64,000 bases of DNA from assembly GCF_963921235.1 (NCBI RefSeq), contig NC_086109.1:30692001-30756000 (forward strand), read 5' to 3'. The DNA is from Mobula hypostoma (lineage: Eukaryota). Below the pieces are notes generated by a model. The model saw nothing but the letters and a program-made list of their open reading frames with translations, was not told where the DNA came from and did not search any database. How positions within the stretch are numbered: the first letter of the stretch is position 1; each line of letters opens with the position of its first letter. Made by a program: the position numbers and the translations under genes. Below are positions 24,142-36,589 of the stretch, piece after piece.

Positions 24142-25449
24142 TGAGACGGGAGATCTTGACAACGATCGTTAGGACTCAAGTGTTGGAGTATCCGAGGCTA
24201 GGATCGAGACAAGTTCATTGATTCCCCAATGAATTGGCACTATCATCTTAGCTTAGGGCAAAATAGTGGTAGGCTGCTCCCTCTTGGATTTGTTGAACTG
24301 TTGAGACAAGGCATCGGATCTCTGGTTCTTTGACCCCGGTTGATAGGTTAGGTCAAAATTTAAATGGCTAAAGAAAAGAGACCACCTAGTCTGCCTGGAA
24401 TTCAATCTCTTGGCCTCCTGAATATAAACCAGGATCTTGTGGTCTATCCAGAAAATAAAAGGGTCCTTGGCCCCCATCAAGCCAGTGACACCAATTCTCC
24501 AAGGCCAACTTAACTGTGAGTAGCTTCTGATTCCCAATGTCATAGATTCTCTCTGCTGGGGAAAGGAAGGTCCGGGTTAGATGAAGCCAAGATGGGAGCT
24601 GATGTGAAATGTTGTTTAAACTTTGCAAAAGCAGCCTCTGCTTTGGTAGTCCAGACAAAAGGACCCCTGGTTTTCTTAGTTAGAGTCGTCAGCAGATCTG
24701 ACACCAATCTGAAGTTCCTGATAAATTTCCAGTAAAAGTTAGCAAATCCTAGGAATCATTGGACTTGTTTGACACTGGATGGATGTGGCCAATCTCTAAC
24801 TACACTGGTCTTGGTAGGGTCCATCTTGAGATTACCATTGGAAATGATGAAACCAAAAAATGAAATGGTTGTAACATGCAATTTGGACTTCTCTAGTTTT
24901 AAAAAGTCCATGGTCTAGAAGCCTCTTTAAAGTGTCCTTGATGTGAGTGATGTGCTCCTCCATGGATATCGAGAAGATTAGGATATTATCGAAATAGCCA
25001 AAGGTGTACTTATGGAAAGCATCCTGGAGCACGTCATTTATAAAGGCCTGTAAAGCTGCTGGAGCATTTGCAAGGCCGAAGAGCATAACCAAGTACTCAC
25101 AGTGTCACGTTGGTGTATTGAATGCAGTTTTTCACTCATTGCCCTCCTTTACACGGACCAGATTGTACACACTCTGCAAGTCTAGCTTCGAGATTACTCT
25201 TACCCCTTGAAGAAACTCAAAGGCAATATTCATGAGTGGAAGGGGGTAATGATTCTTGGCTGTTATGCTGTTCAACTCTCTATAATCAATGCATGGCCAT
25301 AAGCTCCCATCCTTTATTTGTACGAAGAAGAGGTCTGCACCGGCAGGTGAGCTGAGGTGCCAAGTGGACAGACCTCAGAGTCTTCTTCCTAAGTTCACTA
25401 TTTCCTTGAAACAGTGGCCAAATCAGGGCCCAAATTTCAAAATCAGAGA

Positions 25450-27314
25450 TCAGTACTTAATACCATCATTCCCACAATCCCGATTGAGAAGTTGCAGAAC
25501 CTGGGCCTCTGTACCTCCCACTGCAATTGGATCATCGACTTCCTACCGAAAGACGATAATCTGTGCAGATTGGTGATAACATATCCTCCTCACTGGTGAT
25601 CAACACTGATGCACTTCAGGAGTGTGTGCTTAGCCCACTGCTCTACTCTCCATATACACATGACTCTGTGACTAGGCATAGCTCAAATACTATCTATAAA
25701 TTTGCTGATGATACAACCATTGTTGATAGACTCTCAGGTGGTGATGAGAGTGAGATATGCCAACTAGTGGAGTGATGCCACTTTAACAACCTGGCACTCA
25801 ACATCAGTAAGACGAAAGAGCTGATTGTGGACTTCAGGAAGGGTAAGATGAAGGAATACATACCAATCCTCATAGAGGGATCAGAAGTGGAGAGAGTGAG
25901 CAGTTTCAAGTTCCTGGGTGTCAAGATCTCTGACAATCTAACCTGGTGCCAACATATTGATGTAGTTATAAAGAAGGCAAGACAGCAGCTATACTTTATT
26001 AGGAGTTTGAAGAGATTTGGCATGTCAACAAATACACTCAAAAACTTCTATTGTTGTACCATGGAGAGCTTTCTGACAGGTTGCATTACTGTCTGGTATG
26101 GAGGGGCTACTGCACAGGACCGAAAGAAGCTGCTGAAGGTTGTAATTCTAGTCAGCTCCATCTTGGGTATTAGCCTACAAAGTACCCAGGACCTCTTCAG
26201 GGTGCGGTGTCTCAGAAAGGCAGCGTCCATTATTAAAGACCTCCAGCACCCAGGGCATGCCCTTTTCTCACTGATACCATCAGGTAGGAGGTACAGAAGC
26301 CTGAAGGCACACACTCAGCGATTCAGGAACAGCTTCTTCCCCTCCGCCATCCGTTTCCTAAATGGACGTTGAGTCTTTGGTCACTACCTCACTTTTTTTA
26401 ATATACAGTATTTCTGTTTATGCACATTTAAAAAAATCTATTCAATATACGTAATTGATTTACTTGTTTATTTATTTTTTAAATTTATTATTGTAAGGGT
26501 TTCTTTTATGTTACTGCTAAGGCTAATAATATGGCTTCTCTGTAATGTTAACTGCTGAGTTAACAGTAGCAGTTTGTTTGGGTTATAATTACTGATAACG
26601 GGAATTGTATTCATTTGCTAACCAATTGGGATAGATGTTATTCTTTCTTGTGTGTCTGTAAGCTTTTGTTTTTGTGGGCCTGAGGGCAGAAGGCGCGATG
26701 GGGACAGAGAGAGGAGACGCGATGAGAGAGATGCCGTAAGCTGGGCGAGGATCGGACCCAAGCAGCAGTCCGAGGCCCAGGGTCTGCGGTGAGGAGAGGA
26801 GACATGGACAGACTCGAGTAGAGCGTTTGGTCGATCACTGAGGGTGGTCCCATTTGTGGGTGGGCGGAGTTCGGAGGACATCGACTGGAGGAAGGGAGAC
26901 CTGGTTCTGTAAAGCTCCAACGATGTGTGCACAAACTGATTAATAATAATGGTGCCTTCTTCTTCTTTTTAAACAGTTAAACAGTTCAACATTTCTTATT
27001 TTGTTCCTTTACTATCCATGTAATCAAAGTAAGAGTTATAAAGTGTAATAATTTAATTGCATATGGTGTACTGCCTGTTATTTGGCGTGGTGGGGTACAT
27101 CACACAGCATCTACACAAACTTAATTGCACAGTTTGGCAGGGCCAAAGGCTGTCCTCCCTAGATGAGAGTGAGCTGAGCGAGCCTGAGGCTTACCAGGAG
27201 GCTACATTATTATTGTTTTTCTCTGCTAGATTATTTATTGCATTGAACTGCTGCTGCTAGGTTAACAAATTTCATGCCACATGCCGGTGAAAATAAACCT
27301 GATTCTGATTCTGA
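25450..27314 (+). mobile_element. Rex1/Babar LINE (RT + C-terminus + 3' UTR) nested in the Gypsy element
   Basis: NTIIP..CNWIIDFL, QECVLSPLLYS..KFADDTT, VDFRK..FKFLGV..RFRNSFFPSAIR; (CTGATT)n tail at 27299-27314. Confidence 0.92.
26492..27206 (+). mobile_element. Solo LTR (Gypsy-like), 4-bp TSD
   Basis: TGTAAG...CTACA termini with TTAT on both sides; interrupts the Rex1 3' UTR. Confidence 0.85.
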
Positions 27315-28533
27315 TACTGAAATCCCCGTCTGTATCCTCAGGTGATGGCTGTGAAGTTAAGAAATGGTGCTTGCACCCCCAGGAATGGGCTCCAAGGGTC
27401 TGTGTTTTGGAATCTTTCCTTTAGTCAGAACCTGGTGGCTAGATCCCATCAGCTTAACTGGAAGAGTTCCAGACTGTATGGACCTCTCCTTGGTTTTCTC
27501 TTGAACAAGAGATTCCCTCTCTAGTTCCAGTACGCCCCTGACTAGACAGGGTCAAAACTCGTACCATCCTGTTGGCTGGGACTGACTTGTCTGGCCAAAG
27601 GGCAGGACTAGGTCTCCAGAAGGCTTCAGGTCACCTCGCATTGAAGTCCGCACCCCTGTTGGTTCTTGGTCCCATGAAAGTGTGGGGGTCAGAGCACTAT
27701 GCTGCAGACATTCTCTCTTACAACAACTGGACCAACCACTGTTTCTCTCTTCCTTTCAGTTCACAGAAGCATTATGCTAGGACAGCCAAGGGTGCCCGAA
27801 GACAGGGGCATGAGTGGGGAGTCAATAATGTAAAAGCTAATGTCCTCCACATGATCCGCTATCCTCACCTGCGATTCCACAGTCTATTGTTAGATCTGCC
27901 CAGAACCTAGCGGGCAGCCGACTAAGACAGCTGTGTGCGTGGACTAGCTCAACTCTCGCAGTGGTATGTCAAGCCAATGGGCAGTCCCCAAGTCCAGGAA
28001 ATTACCTGCTGCCCCAGAGTCCACAAAAGCCTTCACCTGTCTCCAGTTCTTACCCCAGGAGATCTTCGCCTTCAGCGTGATGTCTGGGTCCATAGGGTTG
28101 GGAGTGGTGACTGCTACTATTACAGTCTTTCCAACACTGGACGGTCATAGCAGTTTTCCCAAGGGCTGCAGCATTGGGTATTCAGCCTACTGGTGACCTG
28201 TCTCCTTGCAGTAATAGCAGCAGCCTTATCTCTGATGCCGGGACATCTAATCAGCGGAGAGCCTCCTGTAACTGATCTGCATGGGTTCGACAGAGTCCCA
28301 AGCAGGAGACAGGTTGGTCATGGTCCAAGATCAGGAGATGGAACTGCGATGGGTGGAGGCCAGGCTCAGATTCGCCCTCTTCAACCTCTTAATGTAGTCC
28401 CACTTATGCTCCACAATTATCAAGGTGGATGGACAATTTAATAAGGACCGCTAAGTTTCCTGCTGGCTCTCCCAAGCTGAGGGCATTCTTTAGTTTGTCC
28501 CAGCGTCCATGGTAGTATAGAGTGGACAGGCTT

Positions 28534-28598
28534 CATAGTCATAGTCATAGTCATAGTCATAGTCATAGTCATACTTTATTGATCCCAGGGGAAATTGG
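28534..28598 (-). repeat. (CATAGT)n microsatellite = extreme 3' tail of a LINE (Rex1-type)
   Basis: About 6.5 CATAGT units followed by ACTTTATTGATCCCAGGGGAAATTGG; same sequence at 31356-31393. Confidence 0.8.
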
Positions 28599-29409
28599 AT
28601 AAATTGGATTCCCCGTTCCAGCCACTCCTTTAGGCCAAAGTCCGGACCTCAGCCACTGGCCGACCGCCCTAATGCACCTTCTTCAGATGGTCCGAGGTCC
28701 TCCTGGTGACCATGAATTCCTCCGCCTCTGAATCTGCACAAATCTCTGACCTTCCTTCCCAATGCATGGTGGCCCAGGCAAAGGCTCTCCTGGTCAGGAG
28801 AAAGATCATGAAGGCCACTTTTCCATGTTTTGAAGGGAACTAGGATGACTGGAGTTTGAACACCAATGTGCACTGAATGAGGAAGCCGTGGCAAGAGCCC
28901 GGGTCACTGTCGAATCTCACTGGGGTTGGAAGATGTACTGGCTCCATAGAGCTACCAACAGCTTCACCCGGGTGACGCTGGCTTCCTCTTTGCCATAGCT
29001 GGTGACCTGGAAGTCAAAAATCTCCAGGCTTTGTCTTGAAGTCCTCTCACTGTGGCAGGACACGAAAAACTCTGACACCCAACTGGTTCCATGTTGGGTC
29101 AATCACACTGCGATGAGAGACCTTGACAAGGATAGTTAGGACCCAAGTGCTGGTACATCCAAGGCTAGGGTTGAGACATGGTACGATACTGAAACAAAAA
29201 CAAAAAGTTGGACAATATCCAAGTTGAGCATACTTTTGAGCACTGAACCTCCGTTCAGGTGCTCCTTAGTCCTGAAACCTGGCACCAAAACACAGCAGCT
29301 GATTAGCGGGATGGTCCTGAATCCATAAAGGACTACGCCAACTATCCACACTCCCGAGAGTAAGTGTTGAAATTCAGGAAACTGGCGCGGTTGGGTGCAC
29401 ATCATAACA

Positions 29410-29535
29410 TCCTTGGGCTTTCTGACATTGAGTGCAAGGTTGTTGTTATGACACCACTCAACCAACTGATCTATCTTAGTCCAGTACACCTCCTCATCAC
29501 CATCTGAAATTCTGCCAAAAATAGTTGTGTCAGAG
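29410..29535 (-). mobile_element. Rex1/Babar LINE upstream half of 23545-24141
   Basis: Reads ..DQLVEWCHNNNLALNVRKPKD. Confidence 0.85.
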
Positions 29536-29544
29536 CTGTTGGAA

Positions 29545-30150
29545 ATGTGGATAAATAATAGCAGATGACATGTAGTCTGGAGAGGATGGTGGTGTACTTT
29601 GAGAGCTCAAATTTAAAAGGGAAGTATACAGTAAATGGCAGGACGATTCAAGGCTTTGATGTATAAAGAATGATTTCATGATGCAAGTTCATAGATCACT
29701 TAGAGTGGCAATGCAAGTAGAAAGGATGGTAAAGAAGTTGTACAGCATCCTTTTCTTCATTGGTTAGGGTGCATAATATAGCAGAAAAGGAATTTATTGA
29801 ACTTTGATTGGCTACATATGGAATAATGTGTGGAATTCTGATTGCTGCATTATAGAAAGGATGTGGAGGCCTTGGTGCTCCTGCAGAAGAGATTCACCAG
29901 GATGTTGCCTGGATTAGAGAGTATTAACGATAAGCAGAGTTCAAGCAAACTTGGATTGTTTTCTCCAGGTTTTGGAGGTTGAGGGGTAACCTAATGAAGG
30001 ATATAAAGTTATGAGAGGCATAGATTGGTTAATCAGGAGTCTTTTTCCTAGCATCAGAATGCCAAATAATAAATGGGATAACTTCAAGGTGAAAATTTAA
30101 GAGGAAACTTATAAGACTTTCGTTTTTAAATCAGTGAGTGGTAGGTCCAA
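29545..30150 (+). mobile_element. Old CR1 ORF2 C-terminal fragment
   Basis: TATAGAAAGGATGTGGAGGCC..CAGAAGAGATTCACCAGGATGTTGCCTGGA (YRKDVEA..QKRFTRMLPG). Confidence 0.8.
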
Positions 30151-30999
30151 GCAGGTACTTGATGTGCTGGCATGGTTTGGTTTTTAGTGTCAACTTCAAC
30201 AGAATACAGCAATGGAAAATCCATTTTAATGTTGACCTAATCTATGATTAATTTTTGCTCATTGAAAAAAAATCTAATATGTGTGAAAAAACTTACTTTC
30301 CTGCATTGTGTATGCTTATTTTTATTTGAGAGTGTATCTTGCAGAGCCTTTTTTTATAAAGTTGAGAAGAGGCCTTATTTTGATTTACATTGATTGTACT
30401 TAAAACATTCAGTCTTTGAGTCTGACACCGGGAAAATCTTAGAAAAGTACTGATGCCTATAGATTTTGGACAAGTGTAGTTCAGTTTGCTACAAAACCAC
30501 TGTTCAGCAATTTTCCAGCTGCTCTCCTCTTCATTATTCCTGATGCCAAGTTGAGCTTCTGCTGAAACAGCTGATTAATGGTGCAATTTGTCAGCCCCAA
30601 CTCCCTCACACACCTGACCATTTCTCTCGATGCCTGATCAGACAGAGAGACAGAAAGAGATTTAAAATTAGCATGGAGTGTATGCTTTAACCTTGTTTCA
30701 AAAAAAATACTGCTGAGATGTTAAAAAGGATGTGGGTGGATATTTTCAGCTCAATCTGTACCTCACCTCAGTGGAAAGAGATGGAAATCAGTGAGAAAGA
30801 TAATTGTATTTTTATAGAACAGAAAAACAGGACAGAATGGTGGTATAGCCTCTGGAGCAGGTGTTCCCAGCCTGGGGCCCATGGTTTCAATGCTTAATGA
30901 CAAGATACTAGAAGCACAACAACCACTGATAAACAAAATCAGGTGAGTCTCAAAATGAAGGATATAAAAGATCAGGATATCACAGAATAAAGATGTTGT

Positions 31000-31520
31000 T
31001 GAGTTCTTTTGGAGGAGGAGAAGGGAGCCCAGTTTAGAGGATGGGAATGGGAATGGGGAATAAGAATGGGAATGAGAATCGGCCCAGGAAATAATATGGA
31101 AATAATTAAAAATAGGGCAGATAATTGACTCATTTTGAGAAGAGGAAATTGTAATACATGAATAAGAATCAGATTGGGTAAAGCTATGAGCAATAGTGTT
31201 TAGATATATATACATTTATGGGAGGCCACCTAGAAGAAGAGTGAAATGGTAAAGTCGAGAGTTTGCAAAGGTAAAGATGAAGGTTTCATCAGAAGCTGAG
31301 CTGAGACAGAGAGGAGCAGTGATGTTCCTGAGAAGAAATGAGGCCATATTTGTAATAGTCATAGTCATACTTTATTGATCCCGGGGGAAATTGGTAATGG
31401 AGAGCATACAGGTAAAAAAAAGCTTTCATATGATTTGTGGCGATCATATAAGATCCACGACATGTAGTCAGGATTTGCCGGTGGGAAATTGTCAGGAAGC
31501 TCTTGGAAAGGATATGAGTG
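31000..31520 (-). mobile_element. Ancient L2-type LINE remnant containing a micro-insert (31356-31393)
   Basis: Removing the insert and one GTAAT gives SITNMASFLLRNITA, resembling the L2 RT C-terminal ITKTAFFHLRNIA motif. Confidence 0.55.
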
Positions 31521-32059
31521 TCGTCACTGAATGTCTGCACTACATGAAAATTTGGGTCTGCTTCTCCTACTGGGTTAAAGACCTCATTGTCTTTGTGTTT
31601 GGTAGTTAGGTGACTTTCCTTATGTAATAGTGTACAACAAACCATGCAATAAGGCCATGATCAACGGCAGCAGCTTGAAGTTAGGAAACTTAGAGTATCA
31701 ATGATCTTGACCTCTTTGGACAAAACAATAAAGCATACAACTGGGCCGCTGCTTGAAGTCACATGATCTCAGTTGGTCATTTAAATAACATGTTTTGAGG
31801 GGAAGCAGTGTCAATAAATAAAAATCAGCATTTATTTTAGATCAATAAAGTCAAAATTCTCACTGCAAGTAAATGTAGCTTGCTGCATTGGAGGTGACAT
31901 CATTAGGGAAGTTTTAAGTTAGACACAGAACGAATGGACAAGCAGAATTCCAGCCTAAAACTTGGAAGTCAGTTTGTCCAGTAAATGTCAAGAAAATGTG
32001 CACAGAGTTTGTCTACTCTAGGTCAGGCCAGTTTTCAACTTGACAACACGATTTTATGC

Positions 32060-32235
32060 AGCAACACACGCAAAATACTGGAGGAACTCAGCAGGACAGG
32101 CAACATCTATGGAAATGAATAAGCAATCAATGGTTTGGGCCGAGACCCTTCTTCAGGACTGGAAAGGAGGAAGGAAGATTGCAGAGTAAGAAGGTGGGGG
32201 GTGGAGAAGGAGGGCAAGCTGGAAAGTGATAGGTT
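32060..32235 (-). mobile_element. Penelope-type terminal-repeat fragment with degenerate hammerhead
   Basis: Minus strand: CCAGTC-CTGAAGA-AGGGTCTCGGCCC-AAACCATT-GATTG. Confidence 0.8.
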
Positions 32236-32651
32236 TTTCAACTTGTGCACAAGTTTCCAGGTCAATGGCTTCAGTCCTTCTTAGAATTGAAGGAAATGTC
32301 TACTTATCCATTGTTGGATGTCAGCAAAATAGAATGACAAGACAGATACAGTACAGTGGCCCAGAAGGATGTTTTAGAGATGGACCTGAGTGAGTATGTA
32401 GAACCAGATTTGTTTGTATGACATAGAAATGAAAGAATCTGAAAAAAAAATGCTATAATTGAAATAATCATTAGTGTACAGTAAATTAACAATGTTAATT
32501 TAATGTAAGAGGTAATTAATACATTTGCAAGATTAAAAAGTCATAAATTAATGTATTGCTCCTTAATTTACAAAAGCATCATTAGTTTTCTTGCATATTA
32601 GAGGAGTATCTCTCTACCTACATGGAGTTCCAATCGTGATGAGGATGTAAG

Positions 32652-32820
32652 TTTACAGACAAGAGAAAATCTGTAGATGCTAGAAAGCTAAAAAACACAC
32701 ACAAAATGCTGGAGGAACTCAGCAGGCCAAGCAGCATCTATAGAAAAAAGTATGGTCCACATTTCGGGCTGAGACCTTTTGGTAGGACTGGAGAAAAAGA
32801 AACGTAGACTTAGAGAGTGG
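32652..32820 (-). mobile_element. Penelope-type terminal-repeat fragment, degenerate hammerhead
   Basis: ACACACAAAATGCTGGAGGAACTCAGCAGGCCAAGCAGCATC..TTTCGGGCTGAGACC..AGGACTGG. Confidence 0.8.
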
Positions 32821-32869
32821 TCCCTTTATAAGGACCACACTGCAGTGCTTTTTGACTTAGTATAAAATA

Positions 32870-33631
32870 CAGTGGATTCCAGTTAATTGGGCCATAAGTT
32901 GATCAGTGCAGCCACTTATTTGGGACAACTCTAGAAGAAGAAAAGCTAATTGAGAAAATAACCTGGATTCCGTCATTTATTTGGGACAGTGTTCCACTTA
33001 ATTTGGACAAGAGACTGTTGCCAAACTATTTCTAACTATTGTCAGCTGTGTGCACCTGCTTGACCATTAGGCAAAACACTGTGCTTAGAGTGAACAGTTT
33101 TAAAATAGCATCAATTGCTTGTATTTGTGTTCAAAAGTCAGTGATTTTTGTCACTGATAGTCGGTGAGAAATAAGCAGTAAGACAATTCAGAAAATGAAA
33201 TGATTTCACTACTTCAACAAGTTAGGAACAACAATGAATTTGAAGGTATTGACCATCATCTTGAATATTACAACTAAATAAAGATTTGGAAGATGCAGTT
33301 GATGAAAGCATTGTATGAAGCCATTTATTATCTGCACTAGGAGTCTGTGTTGATTTTGTTCATTTACAATCAATCAAAAGAACATGACAGTGTACACTTT
33401 ATGAATTCCTCTGTTAATAGTAACTGTTAGTAAGTACTGTAGTAGAATTGGTAATGTTCTAATCTGTTATGTATTTCATATAAATACATAATTTGTTACT
33501 CAGTTAAATAATAGTGTGTTTTTTTTATCCCTTTTAATCTATTTCCATGAAACTTTGGCTAATTGGGGCAGCTTCCTAATTGGAACAAGATGTTCTGGTC
33601 CCCATGCGTCCCAATTAACCACAATCCACTG
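32870..33631. mobile_element. pogo/Tigger-like non-autonomous DNA transposon (MITE)
   Basis: TA|CAGTGGATTCCAGTTAATTGGG ... CCCAATTAACCACAATCCACTG|TA; several subterminal A(A/T)TTGGGACA-like repeats. Confidence 0.85.
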
Positions 33632-33959
33632 TATACACATCTTAGCAAGCCACTGCATTCTCATACTGGAGTTATCCAGCTGACTTGTATATCCAAGTAC
33701 TTGACCCACAGGACCTTGGCAAATATATAGGTAAAAACTCTTTCTAAATTCCTCTGTTCCCTTCACTTACGAGCAATGTGGTAAAAATTGACTGGAGCAG
33801 ATAACCAAGTTGAAACAGAAAGTGTGAAGTGGGAATGGCATTCTCTCTGAGTGGTAGACAAAAAACTTGATCAACAGGTACTAAGTGAAATTTGTGCACC
33901 TGTATACGGCACTGGTCTGCCCTATACCTGGTTCCTGCATTAGAGAAGTAATGTAAGCC

Positions 33960-34890
33960 TTTTTCCAGTTTATCTAGAGATTTAGGGTGCATCATGTCCA
34001 TTGGGTTACGAGGCATAAATATCTAAAGAAAGAGGAGAATAATATACCCAATGTTGTGTTCATGCTGATGACTGCTTTTGTATCAAGTTGTGCATCAACT
34101 TTATAGAAGTGATTCAGGAACAGCTTCTTCCACTCTGCCGTCTGATTGAACCCATGAACACTACCTCACTACTTTTTAAAACTTATTTCTGTTTTTGCAC
34201 TACACTTTTTAACTTAACCACTTTAACATAAATAGTTGCTGTAATTCAGTTTTTTTCTATATTGTCATGTATTGCATGTACAGTATTACCAATGTTGTCT
34301 GTGATGAGCATGGTGATAAGCATTGTGCCTAATTAAGCTAATCACATCTGTCTGCACATGATCCATATTTCTCTGTTCCCTGCATCTTCATGTGCCTATC
34401 TATAAACCTCCTGAATGCCAGCGTTATAGAATACTAGCTTCCTACACAGCCAATGTCTCGCTCCCATGTACACTGCCCTCAAGATGAATGGGCAGTGGAT
34501 AAGACAATCAATCGCCTCTTTGTGGATTGTATATTCACTGAAATGGTCTGGAAGAGGATGCAACATCCAGGTCTGCATTCACCCAAACAGATCTGTGATG
34601 GCAGTTGCCAGGGATCTATACTGAGGCAAGCAGTTACTGTTGCTGGAAGATCATTGACTTGGTGAAAGCTACACTTTTGTTTGCCTGAAACTTGTAGTCT
34701 TCCAGTGTAAGGAAATGTATGCAAGATAATGCTGTTCACTGCTATATTCCAGAGTTTAGCAATACATGTTGATGGATAAAATAGTGGCGCAGGCTTGATG
34801 GGCTAAATAGCCCAATTCTTCTATGTCTTATGGTCTTATGGGTACACACCAACAGCAAAGTCTCCATAGGGAAAGACCATTGTCCAAGTC
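33960..34890 (+). mobile_element. Tx1-clade LINE C-terminal remnants interrupted by Rex1 (34090-34280) and CR1 tails
   Basis: NIPNVVFMLMTAFV; HCPQDE..TINRLFVDCIFTEMVWKRMQ (zf-RVT-like); CWKIIDLVKATL; GKTIV terminus. Confidence 0.65.
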
Positions 34891-35419
34891 TTGTTATCAC
34901 TGAACACTGAGGTGTTGGACTCCTTTAACATGAAATCTCTCCAGCATTTCATAGATGTATTCTTTAAGGAGGAAATATGAGTGCTTTTGCCGCACCACAT
35001 GAGAATATATTGATTAGATTGTAGAATGAGTGAAGAGAAGGACATGCACCAATTCTATTTCCTCAATGTAAGGTTATGAATAATGTATATTTTTGAAATA
35101 GAGAAAGAAAGAAATTCCATCTGACCAGATTTTGTCAACAGTTCTTTTAAATATAACTTGATGCCTCGGGGTAAATGTAATGAACTAATATTCATCGTCC
35201 CAGATCAGGGAGAGTTATGCATGTGCTGAACTGCTCCTCTCTTACATCTGGAATGCAAGAAATTTCATCTTGAAAGTGGTGAACAGAAACTATTTTTAAC
35301 ATCATTAACAAGCTCATTGTATCAACAATCTAGATAGGAGTACGGGAAGGCTATACAGAATGTGGAAAGATTGAGAAACTAGTGAAGGATTGTGATGTGT
35401 GATCATTTTGACCACTTGG

Positions 35420-35720
35420 TGCCAGAATGTGTGCCGAAACTTGCGTGTGCCCCCCGGTGCATCTTTAGGTTGTGTTGCTCCCAACACATTTCACTATATG
35501 TTTCAATGTACAGTACAAGTGCTACAGAAATAGATCTAAATCTGACCACTTTATACTACAATGTTCTAATTGTGTTATTTCTTGTATAACTTTGTGTAAG
35601 TTATGTTTGGTTTATGGTTGTGTACCTGATGCTGTGTGCCCGTAATGTTGTTGCAAATCATTTTTTTCATTGCAACTCTGCATACTTGTGCATGTGACAT
35701 TAAACTTGACTGACTTGGAT
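35420..35720 (+). mobile_element. SINE/Rex1-type 3' tail fragments
   Basis: CACATTTCACTATATGTTTCAATGTACA and CATGTGACATTAAACTTGACTGACTTG tails. Confidence 0.55.
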
Positions 35721-36129
35721 TTGTGCCCACTTTGTCCAATGTAAGCTACATCCTGGTCTTGCACTAGCGACACTCGCAAGGAATTCTGCAAGGCAGCCAG
35801 AACTAACCTCACAGCTATTGGCTACGAGTCTCTGTAGTTGACACCATATGAGCTGACACCTCTTAAAGTTAATTGTCTTTCTAAGAGTTAATCTGCACAT
35901 CTGACTGGTGTTTTCACTGAGAACATCCATAATGGACCACATTATATTCCTGGCTGAGTTCGGGTGGGAGAACAGCTCCCAAAATATCCTTGACAGATAC
36001 AGTCTTCTGCTGGAAGTTTTCTTCTCCTCCTCTCTCCTCTATTTGCCTCAATTAGTCAAGGTTGTTTTTATACATTTTTCCCAGTCATTCCATTAGAGAA
36101 AGGTGCAACTAATCAACAACGTGGAAAAT

Positions 36130-36335
36130 CTTAGGATCATACGGCACAGAAGTGGGACTTCCAGCACACTAAATCCATGACAACCATCAAATACCCACTT
36201 ATACTAATCTTACACTAATTTGCTCTCCTCACCTTTCGATGAACTCTCACCCGCCCATTACCCTCACGCTCGAGATTCTGCCGTTGACCTGCATGCTAGG
36301 GGTAATTTAAAGTGGGCATCAAACCTACCAGCCTC
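36130..36335 (-). mobile_element. V-SINE 3' fragment
   Basis: Similar to 8925-9120 (CCATGACAACCATCAAATACCCACTTATACTAATC..AGATTCTGCC). Confidence 0.6.
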
Positions 36336-36589
36336 TCATGCGTAAGGTCAATGATCTGTTTCTCACTTTGCACATGTAATTACGGCACCATGCTTGGCAC
36401 TTTGACCCCGTTTCCTAGATTATCCTTGCAATGTGACTTCTTCCTATTGCTAGGGGAGAGTACAGACCTCTAGGTCTTCATAGTATTCCAGCTACCCATT
36501 CAGAGATTTATCACCTAACTTTCTCCAAATCCAGGATATTGTGAAGGGTTTTATAGCCAATGTAGCTTTTTTTTCTTGGTAGTTTAGAT

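Larger units (their letters stand above)
24142..29409 (-). mobile_element. Degenerate sushi-like Ty3/Gypsy LTR retrotransposon (gag, protease, RT, RNase H; integrase apparently deleted)
   Basis: 5' LTR 29109-29409 (TG..CA) matches partial 3' LTR 24142-24215; CYYCKETGH knuckle near 28200; FVDSGAAGNFLD protease near 28000; [45 protein letters not shown] RNase H; TSD TTCTT/TCCTT. Confidence 0.9.

Noticed and set aside
24142..29409. Domesticated sushi-derived gene (PEG10/RTL-like)
   Set aside because: Many stops and frameshifts, mutated RT catalytic motif (YFDN), LTRs retained and interrupted by other TEs
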